Shown here: positions 24,451-37,900 of the stretch, in pieces
How the letters are laid out: each line of letters opens with the position of its first letter
Position numbering within the stretch: position 1 is the first letter of the stretch
DNA from: Raillietiella orientalis
Taxonomy: Eukaryota
Assembly: GCA_036172245.1 (NCBI GenBank)
Contig: JAYWIR010000016.1
Span: 2,790,001 to 2,854,000 of the forward strand
Reading direction: 5' to 3'
Length of the DNA: 64,000 nt
Notes under the pieces: generated by a model
Told to the model about the DNA's origin: nothing
Database searches by the model: none
The model's input: only the letters and a program-made list of their open reading frames with translations
Program-made: the position numbers and the translations under genes

Positions 24451-27400
24451 AAGAACTCGCCGTGCGATTCCTTCCTCTCCTCCTCCTTTCCCATCACCAT
24501 GTTTCGCTTTTCAGGATTCCCTCCCCCCTCCCCACTCTGGGAATGAACGTCCGCGGGTCTCGCCTCCGCCACGCCGCTGCCAGGACGCCTGCATCCAGGA
24601 AGGGGGTGCGTCGAACGGGTGATCCTCGGTGCAGCGCCCTGGCGCACGACACACCGTCGCGCATGGATGGGGGTTTCGGACACCAAGCACGGGAGAGCGG
24701 GAGAGCGAGAGAGACTGCAGATGTTCTCGCGGAGCAGAAGCTGCAGAAGCCGTTACCAGGACATCCGGCCCAGAAAACCGGGGAGCGATCCGAAGAGAAC
24801 GAAATCCTGTTTGCCGGGACCTCGCATTAACAAAGAGCATGTGCCTGCACACGCGCCGTAAATCAGGCAACAGGGATGGCTCGGGAACTCAACGACGCTC
24901 GTTAGCAACGCCGCACAACGGAGAGCGCGGCGAGCACGGTGCATTTCCGAGGCACGCCCGCGCTCGCACGCGTTTGGCGGAGGAAGCGACGCTGCGCAGA
25001 CAAAAAGAAAAAAGTAGTGCGGAAAAAGACATCGGGAGAGACTCCGCGCGGTGGCTTTTGGGAAGGGCGGGAAAATCGAAAAGAACGCGCGGCGCGCGAG
25101 ACGGAAATCGCGCATCCTCGCTCGGAAGCGCGCGCACGTGGACACGTGCGCGCGCACCGGGGAGGCGAAACACGTCAGGGCACGTTCCAAAAACAGAGGG
25201 GGAACCACAAACAACAAAAAAAAGAAAAAACATTTAGCAACTCTCACTTGGCAACGTTACCAAGCAACCACTGGGAACCCACGATCGACAAAGTGCTGCA
25301 GTACTTCCAAATGGCTGTTTTTTTGTGTGTGTTTTTTTTTCCACCCCCCGCGTTTGATACAATCGCGCATCCTCGGCTGCGCGAGGTGCCGGTTGCCGCG
25401 ACGACGACATGTTTTGTTACATTGTGGCCTCCCTCCGCTGCGTGGCAGGGTTCCCAAGTGCTTTGTCACTCTTTATGGAATGAGTGCTTCCCTCTGAAAT
25501 GCGCGGGCACATCCGCACATTTTCCAGGAAAGAGATACGCATTCCGCATGGTAGAGTGTTGCCTACTCAAGTGTTGCAGCGAGGCTGGTTACCAGGCCAT
25601 GAAACGAGGTGCTTCTCCGTACTGCAACAGCATTCCGAGACGCGTAGAAACACGGCCAACTGGTTCGGCCGTACTTGTCACTCGGTGTCCTCCGGGTCAA
25701 AGGCGCGCTTTTCCCCGACACGTGCTCTCTCTCTCTCTCTCTCTCCACGCGGTGTGCTATCGCGCCGTTGCTTTTTGGGAAGCGGAGGAAGTTCTCGTTG
25801 CCCAGGAACTCCCGTTAAGTTGTCAAGGTTCGCGGGGACGGGGCGTTTCCTGGAGACAAAGCGCCGACCCAGGCAGGGCGCGAAGGCTTTTTAGGAGGGA
25901 GGGAGGGAGGGCACCCCAAGAAAGGAAGTCGATTTCCACGCACGCGCGCACAAAGGAAGCGCCAGGAGGTTCACGGGGCAGGTGGCGAAGGAGACCGAGT
26001 CCACGTCGAGAATGCGGTTTTCCTCGGCAACCGGCTTCCGGCCCATCACCCGCCCGCCTCGAAATACAAAAAAAATCCGCTCTCGGAAAGCCTCCCTGCA
26101 CGACCTGCGCGAAAGCTCCTGCAGAAAAGGTAGGAAGGAGGACATGCGCGCGTGCCTGCGCTTTCGTGTCTGCGCACGCACAGGAAACACGCGCCCTCTC
26201 CTCCCCCCCTCCCCCCTGCCGGGTAAAACGAGAGGGAGCGGAGGATCAAGGTGCCACGAGGGGGCATCACGAAGGCTGCGGGGCAAGGGCGCGTGTGCCC
26301 GGGAGCGCAGGCCACCAATCTAGCGCCCAGCAGCGCCCGTGGGGATGCCAGGGCTCTTTGGACCTGCCACGACCCACGCGCGCTAGGGAAGGGCGAGCGG
26401 GGAAGGGGAGGAGAAACCCGAGTCCCCACTAGGTTGGGTTGCCGTCGATATTCACGCCACAACAGCTGGCTCGCGGGAGGATGGGCGAGGTGGGGGAGGT
26501 AGCCCTGGCTGCCACGGAGGGCACTGGCAACGGCAGGTAACACCGAGGGAGGGAGGTGGTGACGCAACCTCAGGGAAAGACGACGACCACGATTCCCGAA
26601 CGGACGGCAGAGGTGAAGGAGGCTCGCCCGAAGACGTCGTGCAGAAGCGGGTGGTTCGGAAGGATTTCCCCCTCTCCCCAGGCAGGCGTGTGCAGCGCCT
26701 CTGGAGGGGAACGTGAGAAAGCACATCACGTCTCCGCTTCGGAGCATCTCCTTCCTAGCAATTGTGCAAGGAGTGGCCCTCGGAGACCTCTCTCCTCTCG
26801 ACCTCCCCTTCTTAGAAGGAGCGAAAGACAGGAAAAGCTGCCAGAGACCCTCGAAAGCGGCACCTGACCGTTCTTCCCCCCTCCTCCTCCTTCTGTCGGC
26901 AACGCTTCCGATGCGAGTGACCGGGGAATCCCGGAGGGGTGTCCCGACGAGCAGGCGAGACCACAGGCCAGGGGCGTTTGACCTTCCCTCCCCCTATCGG
27001 ACACCTTCCACCGGGGGAGCCCCAGGCCAAGCGACGACGTCCGGTACGCGGCAGGAGGAGACAGACCGCCCTTTCTTCCTTTCGGGAAGAGGGAGGAAAG
27101 GAACCTCGCAAGAAATTCCGGGCAGGAACCCCAGCCTCTTGTACCTGGAAAGTGCGGCGCCATGCCAGCAAAGGATCGCTTCAGGCTGTTCTTTTTTCTT
27201 TTTTTTTTTTTTTTTTTTTACACTTTGAGCGCCGCGGATTCGGGAGGGTCCAGACGCATTAAGGGAGGAAGCAGAAGACCTCCGGGGCAAAGTCCCTGGT
27301 AACCGAACCGGCAGGAGCAGCGCCCCCACCCCCCCACCCCGGAATCTCCTGCCAAGGCCTAACCATCGCCCCGCCTACCCTAGCGGGGAAGGAACGGTCG

Positions 27401-28211
27401 CGGCCAAAACTGACGGGAAGGCGTGGTTCTCCCCACCCGCCCGGATGACGGGCCGAACGCAAGAGGGAAGGCGAGGGGCACGTCGCAGCTTCCCTCCCTC
27501 TCCAGGTGCGGAAGGTCTACCCAGAGCTCCCGTGCGCGCGTTTCGCCGTGCATCCGTCGACCCCGTGTGCCAGCCGTTCGTTCTCCAGGACCTCAGACCC
27601 TGTCCTGCCCGAGCAAGGACTTCGCGGAGGCGGAGGCGCAACATCCGATCTTCCCGTGGGCAGGCGGACGGAAGGGAAAGGCGACTTTCCCCGAGAGTGC
27701 GCCCCCACCCCACCCTCCCTCCCTCTCGTTCCTCAACCCACCTTTTCCTCCGCAGCGCGCGTCCCGCACCCAGGAGTGGAGGCAGCTGGCTGCAGGCGCG
27801 AAATCGGCTCGCCACGCTCGTCCTCTCCTTTGCAGGCACTGCACGGGGAGGAGGAGGGGACGTTGGACCGGAGCTGAGAAGCACTCCTCCATCTCCGGGG
27901 CGCGCCCATCGAACCTGCGACCGACCCTACGGCCCAGCCTCTGCGAGCGGGAGCGGCAAGCAGCTACTGGCAGGAGGGGAGAAGCTACCGCCCCCTAGTT
28001 ACCTCCTCCCAGCCCTTCCTCACACCGAGATCCCGGAGGAGAGATGCCGGGAACCCAGGCAAGTGCTCCCGGAAGGAGGCTCATCTAAACTCTTTATTTC
28101 TTTCACTGGTCATCACCGGGATGGGAGGAACCTGGAAAAAGACTGAGAAGGGGGGCGGGAGAAAAAGAGGAGGGGCGGGGAGCAAGTGGGGTCGGCTTGG
28201 GGGAAGGGGGG

Positions 28212-29216
28212 TCATGCCTCGAACAGGAGGAATCTCCTGAGTTGCGGGGGCAGGTGGAGGCGATGCACGGAGGCGGTCACGAACCCTGGGGCGCGCCGGA
28301 TGGTGAGTCGGCAGAGGGCCTTCAGGGATAGGGGTTCCGACCAGCAGGGCTGCACGGCCCTTTTGATGTCCAGGAAGGCGGGGCCCAGCACGCGGTAGAA
28401 CCTTCCCTGGCGGAACATGGCGCGCAGGACAACCTCCCTCATCCTGCGGGGTCGCTCCTGCATGACGGCACACATGAGGGCGAGGGTGCGCTCGCAGTTG
28501 GCGGCCCTTCGGAGGCGCACCACTCCGCGGAGGAAGCTGGCGAAGGGGCAGTGAGCGCCTCCGGACCAGACGCAGGCTCCGGAGGCCAGCAGCAGCTCCG
28601 TGAGGTCCGCGCTGTCGTCGAGCCAGAAGACGCTATGGCTTAGCAGGCTGCGCCCCTCCCCGTCCGCGCTCGAAGGGGCGGCGCCCGCTTCTAGCAGCAC
28701 AGCGGCCGCGCTCCGGGCGTGGGCGAAGGCGCCCGACTCGAGCAGATGATGCGCGGCCAGGAGAGGCGTCTCCCCGCGGTGGTCCCTTCGCTCCGGGTCG
28801 GCGCCCCGGCGCAGGAGATAGCGCGCGATGCCGTCGGCGACCTCCGGGGGGACGCGGGCGTAGCCGCTGCCGACCAACACGTGCAGCGCCGTGCGGCCCA
28901 GGCCGTCGGCAGCGTTCACATCCTCTGCGCCCGGAATGGCGGCGGAAGAGGAGCCGAGCAGGGCGGCGACGTCCCCGGAGCGGGACAGGCGGCAGGCCTC
29001 GTGCAGGTCGCTCGCCACAGGGTCCTCTGGAGGGCAGTGCAGCGGCGGCGGCGGTGTCGTCGCCGCCGAGGGTGGTGGCTCTGGAGTTGAAAGACCTGGA
29101 AGAAAGGAAGAGGGAAAGGGCGGGAAGGCGGAAAGTCCCGGTGCCAACCGTGCGACCCCACGTACCTTTCTCGTCGCTGCGCCGCACGCCGGCGTCCAGC
29201 AGCCAGGACAGCGCAT
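28212..29216 (-). CDS. Ankyrin-repeat and SOCS-box protein (ASB-like Cullin-RING ligase adaptor); start uncertain
   Basis: Ankyrin repeats DVNAADGLGRTALHVLV, LLRRGADPERRDHRGETPLLAA and LLEAGAAPSSADGEGRSLL. C-terminal SOCS box EPLSLKALCRLTIRRA...VHRLHLPPQLRRFLLFEA*. There is an in-frame ATG at 29216, but a good GT-AG intron at 29165-29096 suggests a different spliced 5' end. Confidence 0.88.
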   Translation of the reverse strand: MRCPGCWTPACGAATRKVRGVARLAPGLSAFPPFPSSFLPGLSTPEPPPSAATTPPPPLHCPPEDPVASDLHEACRLSRSGDVAALLGSSSAAIPGAEDVNAADGLGRTALHVLVGSGYARVPPEVADGIARYLLRRGADPERRDHRGETPLLAAHHLLESGAFAHARSAAAVLLEAGAAPSSADGEGRSLLSHSVFWLDDSADLTELLLASGACVWSGGAHCPFASFLRGVVRLRRAANCERTLALMCAVMQERPRRMREVVLRAMFRQGRFYRVLGPAFLDIKRAVQPCWSEPLSLKALCRLTIRRAPGFVTASVHRLHLPPQLRRFLLFEA

Positions 29217-32200
29217 CGCCTTCGCCTTTGGTCCGGGAGCCTCGAGACAGCTTCGGCAGCTCAGCGCGCAGCCGCCACTGGGCGCGTCCGGCGGCGACCT
29301 GCCTCTCAGGATGAACCTGGGAACGAAGAGAAAAAAGGCAGAAGAGATGAGAACACGAAGGGAAGCGCGCGCGCCCCCGAGGGAAGACGGGAGCGCGCCC
29401 TCTGTGATCTGCTCGGGGCAGGATCCCTCCCTTCCCCCATCACTCCGCCCCCACGGACGGTGGGGCGCACGCCCACAGACTGGCTGGCGCGAGGAGGAAA
29501 CTTTTTGAAACGAAGACTCACGTGCGAGCCTGCAGGTGGCGCCAAGGCACAAACGCGCAACGACCACTTCCCGTCACCGCCCAACGGTCACGGGAGAGGC
29601 GGAGGTGTCTCGAGGAGTCCCAACCGAAAAGACTTTAGAAAGACTTCCGAAACAGCGGCAGAGTCCCAAGGAGGAAGATGAAGAGCTGCCGTGCAGGCTG
29701 TCCGATGACCGTGGAGGTCCACACCTCCTGGATTCCCACTTTTCTGTAGGGGGTCGCGAGGCGACGGCAAACCCATGTGTCGAGAGAGGCGGGCGATAAC
29801 GGAGGAGGAGGGGAAGCGCAACCCTGGGAAAGGTCAATCCGGAGGGACTGGGGAGAGGCGCCGCCTCCGCCCACGCCTGCCGCCAGGGCTGACGACGCCA
29901 GGAGCAGCATCAGCGACGGCGTAAAGACGAATCCAAAAAGCCTAGACTGGCTTCTGGGTTCCTGGCCCCTCCGAAGGAAGAGAGCACGCCCAGAAGTCCC
30001 CTTCCCTTCCCGGTGAAGGGAAGGGGACTTCCAGAACGCTTCTCCTTTGCATAGGTGACCTCTCTCGCAAACAAGGCACTCATCTTCTTCCCACTGGGAT
30101 CAACCGGCCACGAATGCGGGTCGGCCGCTCCCAGCCGCCTCCCCTTGCTCCATGAACCAGGAGGCCGTGCTCCGGATGTATGGTACCTCGGTAAAGAAGC
30201 GGTGAAGCTGAAACCGGCGGCGTGTCCAGGCAACCGGCTCCCTCGTCTGCCTTGCTGCAATTTTCTTCTTTGGTGGCGAGCGCGCAACGAGGAAAGAAGG
30301 AAAAGGAGCGGTAGCTGCGGAATGGCGGGAGCGGGTTGCCGCGGGCGACGCCTGGAGCCGCAGAGGTGTCCCGACCCGCCCGCCCGCCTTCCGAGAGGCT
30401 CCCGAACGCGAGCCCCAAGTGCAAGGAAGAATTTCCTGCCCTTCCGAGTCCACCACCGTGACCCCACCTGCCCCCACGCTGACTGCTGTCTCCCTCTTTC
30501 GACCCTCCACTATGACCTCTCCGAAGGGCCAGAGGCAGAGGGAAACGCCGAAAGAGGAAAATATGGATGAAAAGAGGCGAGTGTGCATTGCATAAGAGCA
30601 GCGCCCTTCCTGCCATCCTCCTGCCCCAAGGATCCGAAAAAGACAACTGGAATGCCGAGAGTGGGGGGGGGGGGGGCTGTGGACGCAGTTCCCGACGGGA
30701 CCAGGGCAGGAGAGAGCGAACGCCCATATCATTGGCCTCGAAGGCTTCCTCTTCCTCCCGTCCGCATCCGAGTGCCACCACGCATGCGCGCTCGCGAGGC
30801 CGGAAAAGGAGGGTACCGCGCCATGAGACGGGGTCGGCGTGTAACCGGAGGCCACCGCCGCACAGCATCCCGGATCCAGACAAACTCCAAGAGGCGGCGC
30901 GTGCGCTCTCCAGGATCGTGAGGTCTCAGTAGAAGCGGCGGGCTTCCGGCACCCGAGGCCGCTCTCGGGGTTCCCGGGGGAAGAGGCCCAGTAGCGAGTC
31001 CGAACCTCCCCCATCTTCATCCGACATTCCTCTTTATCCGGAAAGCTGGGGGTCATCCCGTTTCGGGGATGCGGAGAGACCGACAAGCTGCCGTTCCCGA
31101 TAGACCTCGGCTGGAGGTTCGGTCAGGACCGCGACCTCCAACTCTCGCAGCACGGCACATGAAGGTCTTCTCCCTCGGAGGAACGGCCCTCGGAAATGGT
31201 CCTCAGCCACCTATGGGGAGTGCAGATCTCGGAAAGGGGCAAGTGGCCTCGAGCTGAGCGCTCCTTCCCAGCAGCTCCCCCCCTCCTCCTCCTCCTCCAT
31301 GTTGCTCGGCTCCTGGGAGCGCTTCCTCCGCCAAGAGATACGCAGGTTTGCTTTTGATGAGAATGCCGTAGATCTCTGAGGAACCGGCCAATCACGGGCG
31401 CCGAAGGGGGGAGGGAGCGTCGTCGTGGTCGTCGTCACGACGACCACGACTGGCATCCAATTAACCCGTCGCTGGACCGAGCAGCGGCAGCAGCAGCAGC
31501 AGAAGCGGAAGGGGAGAAAAACGCAGGAGACGGCAAACAAGAGACGCACGTGCCATCCCGCCTCTGCCTGGGAGGGGTTCAGGGATGCTCTGAGCGGGAA
31601 AACACTTCCGAGACGGAGGCCATGGAGAAGAATCGCGGGACGACGCTCCCGACATCCAAGATGCATGCGGGCAAACGTCGGGAACCGCCGCTTCCCACGC
31701 AGAAAAGACACAGCGTTTCCGCACGCATTCGGAGGGGAAGGGGGGTCTCCGTGGATCGCCTCCACCAGCAGGCGGGGAATCTGCGGACCAGCAACAAACA
31801 TCCTGTCTTCCGGCGGGGAAGCGAAACCGCACGCAAGCGCCCTCATCGCCCGGTTCGAAGCTCCGGAGGGAAAGGCGCAGTGGCGGCGGTGCGGGATGCA
31901 CGCGGTGGTGGCTTCGTGAGAAGCGCGCACACCGCCGCCGCAAGCGCCAAGGGTCACGAGCACGGGGGTCAGCGGGAAGCGAGAGAAGTACCCTGCATGC
32001 CCTTCCGGGGGTGGTGGTGCCGCGTGCGACGGAAGTGAAGAGGCGTCGTCGTCAGGCGGAAGAGGGGAACCGGTTTAAGACCAGCGCAGAGAGCGGACAT
32101 CTCCTGACCCTCTCTGTTCGGGAGCACGAGAAGTGGGAGCGGGAAAAGGAACCGGGAAAAAGGGAGAAGAGAGTGGGGTGGGGGTTGTCAAAGGAAGGAG

Positions 32201-32949
32201 GAGGACCCCCAAATCAAACGAAATTCGCCTTACTTCCAGACAGGCGCGATGCGAGAGAGAGTCGTCGCTGCTGCCACTTTTCGCAAGTCTTCGCAGGAAT
32301 GGGGCGGTGGTTCCGGAGAGCAAGCAGGGCGGGGGACAAGTCTATTTGCACCATCCGGCGTACCAAGGTGGCGGCACGTCTAGCTGGGGGACATCCCGGG
32401 TGGTTCACTGCTCCCGCAAACGAAAGCGTGGAGTCGGAAAACCTCAGGACCTCGCGAGCAGGCGCACGCGGGTTTCGCCGTGGCGATCGGCAAGTCACAA
32501 AGCGGCACAGGTCGGTGTCATGCTGTTTTCCCCGTCGCCCAAAGGGTGATTGGAGGAAGCCACTCCTTGCCTCCGGACGAGGGACGGAGCCGTCTGGGTA
32601 GCAGGACGGGGGAACGCCGATGTTTGCGCGGAGAGGGGGCAAAGAAAAGTCCCGGAAACATGAAAACCCTTCTGCTATAGCGGGTGCGGAGCTCCACGGG
32701 ATGCTCCGCGCGCAGTCCGCCCTGGAAACGACTTCGAATTGCTGCCGCTAGGTATGTTTTTTGCCGTTAGATTAGAGGCAGGCTCCAAGAACGCCTTCCT
32801 CCTGCATGTCACACCCTCACGCCCACAGAGGAAGGTAAAAATGAAGAAAAGGCAAAAAAAAAAAAAAAAAAGGAAGGAAGGAAGGAAGGACGGAAGGAAG
32901 GAAGAAAAGGGGAGACACGAGAAGAATGGGCAGCTGGCCAGGCGCCTAC

Positions 32950-33300
32950 GCAACCAGTTCTGATCTCAACCCATGGGAATCTGCTGGTGCCTTTGCATGG
33001 AAGCGTGGCTGCTGCTACAGCAGCAACGCATCCGTGGTTCCCGATCGGTGCCTTGTGGCTACAGTGGCGACGCAGAGCTCTGCAGGCCAGCTGACAGCTC
33101 GCACGAAAAGAGAACCATGGATTCCCAGAGTCCGGCGCAGAGGTTCCTGACACGGTTGCCCAACAGCGGGCATCCACTTCCCCCCCTCCCCAATCCCCCC
33201 TGAGAGAACACCTCTGCTCTTGCTCTGCTTCCACCTGAGTCTTTCCTTGCCACAGAAAGAGTGGGCGCGGACTTTCCCTGCTGCGGGCACCCTCACCACG
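32950..33300 (-). mobile_element. Short degenerate RT fragment
   Basis: SRGVLSGG...PAVGQPCQEPLRRTL resembles the non-LTR RT motif RGVRQGxPLSP.LF...EPL.R.L. The match was made by eye only. Confidence 0.3.
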
Positions 33301-34936
33301 CTGATGATCCCGTCCGTGCGAAATCCCTGCCCTCCCTCCCTCCTTCCTCCTCCCCAGCGAATGCTGAAGAGATAAGATACCGTTCCCTACTCGAGGTCAC
33401 CGCGAAATCGTCATGACACCACGCCACTCCATTCCTCTTGACGTATCCGTTCCTCTCTTCGCCGGAGCACATGCTTTCGATGCAACCCCGTTTCCTTAAA
33501 TCGCCTAAGAGAAAAACACGCGCAGAGGCGCTCCTTTTCGGACCATCTCAAAGGGAAACCATTTTTTCCCCCTTCTCTGAGCGCACAGCGGAAGACAAAG
33601 AAATGGGAAAAACCTTGAACCTAAAGGATAATTCAAATCTCGGTTCCGATCCCTCAAAATGAGATGACGACACACCGAGAAGAATGCTTCACAAATAGCA
33701 CCACGGAGGAAACAAAAGCAAGACAGATGCTGGCTGACCTACAAACCGGGGGAAGGCAGCAGATGAAAACCGAAAGCGTGAAGAATCTTAAGAGTAAGGG
33801 CCTCTGAATAATTTCCAGCCAATTTTTATTTTTGAAACAATAAACACCAAAAAAACGAGAGGGGGAGAGAGCGAGAGAGAGGAAAGAAATGACCAAGAAA
33901 ATATACGGCCAACGAGGAGCGTGAGATGACAGTTATTATTAAGCAATGAATACAGCAACCGCCGGAATCATTTACGCACCTTCCCTCCAAAGCATGCACG
34001 CAGCTCAAGACCAACAGAAGAACGATACAGCGCATGTGGATGTTTTTTTGTTTTCTTTTTCTTTTCTTTTTTTTTTTAGAAAAAAAAAAAAGAAAAAGAA
34101 GAAAGAGGATTAATAATAATAAAAAAAAAGGAGGGGGAACCCTGCTCACTTCTAGTTGTGTGGCTGACTTCTTCCGATATTCAAATTCTTTTTGACCGAG
34201 AAAGACGCCATATTTATATGCGCTCTTAATGACGACCTGACTCTAAAATTTATTCTCTACCCTCCAGTACGCCTCTAAATTAAAGGTTGCCTTTCCCAGA
34301 CCGAATTGCACGTATTTTACCTTTTTCCCTCTCGATCGTACCTACTTGACTCGTAGGTAATTGCACACACACTAATGCCATCGACTACCTTACGCTCCTT
34401 TGGATGTTTTCATTACCCCGTTTTTTTTTTTCTTTCTTTCTTTCTTTCTTTCTTTTTTTTTATTTTGTTTTGTTCCTTTTTTGCACTTTTTGCAAACCGA
34501 ATTAAAAGTTCCCATTAAAATAAACGGAGGAGATGGGAAGGTTTCAAAGGTCAGAATTAAAAATTCTCCGGCCGGGAATTTTTTCCGGTTGATGGATCTG
34601 ATCTCGTGCCGTTAATCTTCCGCGTAATCTGGTTCTGCGTAATTGTTTATTGTTTACAAGTAATTGGTTCTCGCAGAGGTCACACGCACCACCGAAGGGG
34701 AGCCACAGCTCTCTTCGCAGCTTCCGATGGACCCCATCCGGGTCGGATGCTGGCGCAAGCCGACGGATAAACACAGACCTGGCGGAGACGAGGAGTAGCG
34801 CTTCGACCCCCGAAGGGGAAAAAAGGTCGCACGGGGAACGCGGAGGATCACGAGACGCGCGCGCACCTCCACTTGTTGGAAGATGATGATGATGCTCTCC
34901 TCTTTCCTCCTCCTCCCCCACCCCCTCTCCCACTGC

Positions 34937-34940
<4 letters not shown>

Positions 34941-34968
<28 letters not shown>
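34941..34968. repeat. (GT)14 microsatellite
   Basis: Perfect GT dinucleotide run. Confidence 0.95.
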
Positions 34969-37900
34969 CTTTTCCCCGCCTGCGTTCTCCACGGCGCCCT
35001 TTGGGGAATTCGATCCCGAGCGTTCCCCGCCGCGCATCTCGGCCGGGTAAAGATTCTTCTTTCCTTGCTGCTCGGCTTGGTGGCTTCTATTTAAGTTGGG
35101 CTTTTCGCGGCGATGCTGCTGCTGCTGCTTCCCCTTCGAGAGCGTTGGCACGACACGCAGCCATGGGAACACATGTTTTTCGAAAGGGATGACTACGGCA
35201 ATTTCGCCGCACGCCTCGGATTCAGAGATACCACAAAGGCTAATCACGTGAGCGTAAGCAGAGCGAGAAGTTTTCCCGTTTAGCCCGAGCTCGCGAAGAT
35301 TTCGCGTGTGCACGGAGCCCGGTGCCAGCTGCGGGGTCCACTCCCGGAGCCAACAGCATCGCGCGGAAAGCACGTGTCACAGGGGAGCGCCACGACCGCG
35401 CCAGCAACAACAAAGGTTCCCGCGGACGTCCATGCCCATTAGGCGCTCTCGGTAACAATGGCAACGCAATAAAAACGACGCTCGCTCACAGGGTTCCCAC
35501 TTGCCACATGCATTGCAAGGTGCAGCTCACCTTAATAACGTGTCGCGATATAGCATTTGGCTGACCGTCTTCTCCTTTTTTGCGGCCGAAGCATGCGCCG
35601 GCGAGCAGCAGCTGCATCAAGCAGCCGGATGTTCCCAAAGGGAAATTAAATTAAATAACCCAATGCTGACTAAAAGAGAAGGCCGTCGAAACAGAAACCG
35701 AAAACCACACGTCGCGTTTCCGGCCATCGACTGGTGAGCGTGCCGAAAAGGTCGCCAAGAACGTCTTGGGAAAGGGCGGAAATGCACTTTGCTCTCTCCC
35801 TCCGGAAGACCTTCCTCCTTAGCAGTGTGCGGAGGACCAGCGCGGAGGTCGACGACGTTTGGCCGCTCGCGCTGGGTGGGGGGGAAAGGCGTTCGTCGGA
35901 GCCAACCACGGCGGACAACTACGGCGCGCAGCCGGCGGTCGCTCCCGTTCCCGTAGGCTGTTCCCCTTTCCCGCGCCACGGCATCCGGCCCGTCCTTCTT
36001 CCCCGACGGCCCGACAAAGGGCTGCTAGCATCGCCGCCCGCGCTCCCTCGCGACCTCCTGCCGCCTGCGCGAGTGGCACCCCCGAAGTTCGGCTCGGCGG
36101 CGGGGGCGGCGGAGAAACTGCGCATTCGCAGCGGCAACAGCGCGCAATCCCCGTTCCCAGCAAACTCCATCGTAACAGCGCCTACTTCGAGAAAGGGTGT
36201 CGGGTAGAAACAGGCTTCTTCAGCCGCGCCCGTAGGGTGGGCGCTCCCTCTGAAGCTGGCTGGAGGGCAATGCTCGACCCCTTCCAGGAGGGGTCCCTTC
36301 CTATCCAAAGAGTAGAGGCACCCGGCGTCTCGCTCGCATCGCCTCGGGATGAAGCAGAAGGCGAAGGGAAGAGCACACTACCGTCGCTGTCCTCCGGGGA
36401 GCACAGGGCGTAAGGGAGGGAGGGCCGTCCCTCTCACGCCCGGGGGCGAAAAGGGAGAAAGAGAAAACGGGAGCCGAGTCCCGATCGGTGGTATTCGGTG
36501 CCTCGCACGTCCTCGTCCCCCCCCACGAAGCGTCCGCAAACCAACGTGCCGCGGCTGGGTCCCCCTCACGGAGGGCGGGAGAGCGCGCTGACCCAGTGGG
36601 GCGGCAGCAGAAGCCTGGCAGGCGGGGCACTCCCTCCCTCTCCTCCTCTTGCCATCCCCAGCGGCGGTTTTCGCAAGCGAAAGTCCCCCTCCCCTCCCGA
36701 CGTCTTCGCCGGGTCACCGCGTGACTGCCGCGTCAGGGGCGCGGGAGAGGCGGCGGCGGAGGTGGAAAACAGCCGACGTAAAGTGGGAGCAGCGGAACCT
36801 TCGGGAAGGGACCACGGTCCTCTTCGTCCCACTCCTTCACTGACGGCGAAAGAGGTGGAGCCCCGGTCGGCGCCCACGGTCATGACGAAGAGGGACGGGA
36901 AAAGGCGAGGGGAAGCCAGGCAGCGAAGTCGCCCTCTCCCGAGTTTGCCCCGCATCCCGCGCCGGCTCGTTCCGGAAGAAAGGAGGCCGTGCGAAGGACA
37001 CCCGGCTCCGCCCACGTGGCCAGGCGAAGGAGGAAGTCCTGGAGGAGGAGGTGCTCCGCCGCATCCTGGATTCCCCCGAACTTCACCGCCACCAGCCCCT
37101 CCCCGTCGGGAGCCTCCTGTCTCCGCCGCTACCGGTTCCGATGGCGCTGCTGCAGCCCGCTCTCACCCTGGCCCGGCAGCGCGCGCGGGAACGACCGACA
37201 GCGGGCCAGAGAGGCCCCACCCTTCCGGGATTTCCGGGGAAACTCGGGTGAGTAGTCCCTTACCTGCTGGCAGGCCGGAGTGGAGCGCGCCGATCCTGCG
37301 GGCAAAAGAGCCGGGAGGGGCACGTGCGAGGGACGACGACTGTTCTCCCCACCCCACCCCCCACCCCTACCCTCCCACTCCGGAGGAGCGCGCGCGGGCA
37401 GGACGCACCGCAGCCCTTCGCAGGGAAGGCATCGGAGGAGACCGCCATCGCGCGTGGGTGAGAGGGGAGGAAGCTGCTGCCGGGAGGAAGAGGGCAGCGA
37501 CAGGAGGGCCTTAGGGCGCGCGACCACCCCTTCTTGGCTTCCTGCCCCCTCCCGCTCCCGCCCCCACCAAGTGGACTCACTTTTGCCGCAGTCCCGGCCC
37601 ATCGTTGTTCCTGGGGCGTCCCAGCGCGCCTCTTTCCTTTCTTCCAGGGGCCGAGATCTTGACCCGGGGGAGCTTCGTCTTCTTCCGGACGGAGGAGGCG
37701 GCGAAGGGGTCGGCGGACAGGTAGCCGCGCGTGCGCTTCACCACGGGACCCGAAGGAGCCGCGGCCCACGCGCGCGTGCGGCACCGCGGCGAGCGTCGTC
37801 AGGCGGCGGCAGCGGCGACACGGCGCGGGCGTCCGCCAGCGAGCGCCTGGCAACTACGACTGACGCGGTCCGCGACGCGCGCGGGGCTGAGCCGACCGGC

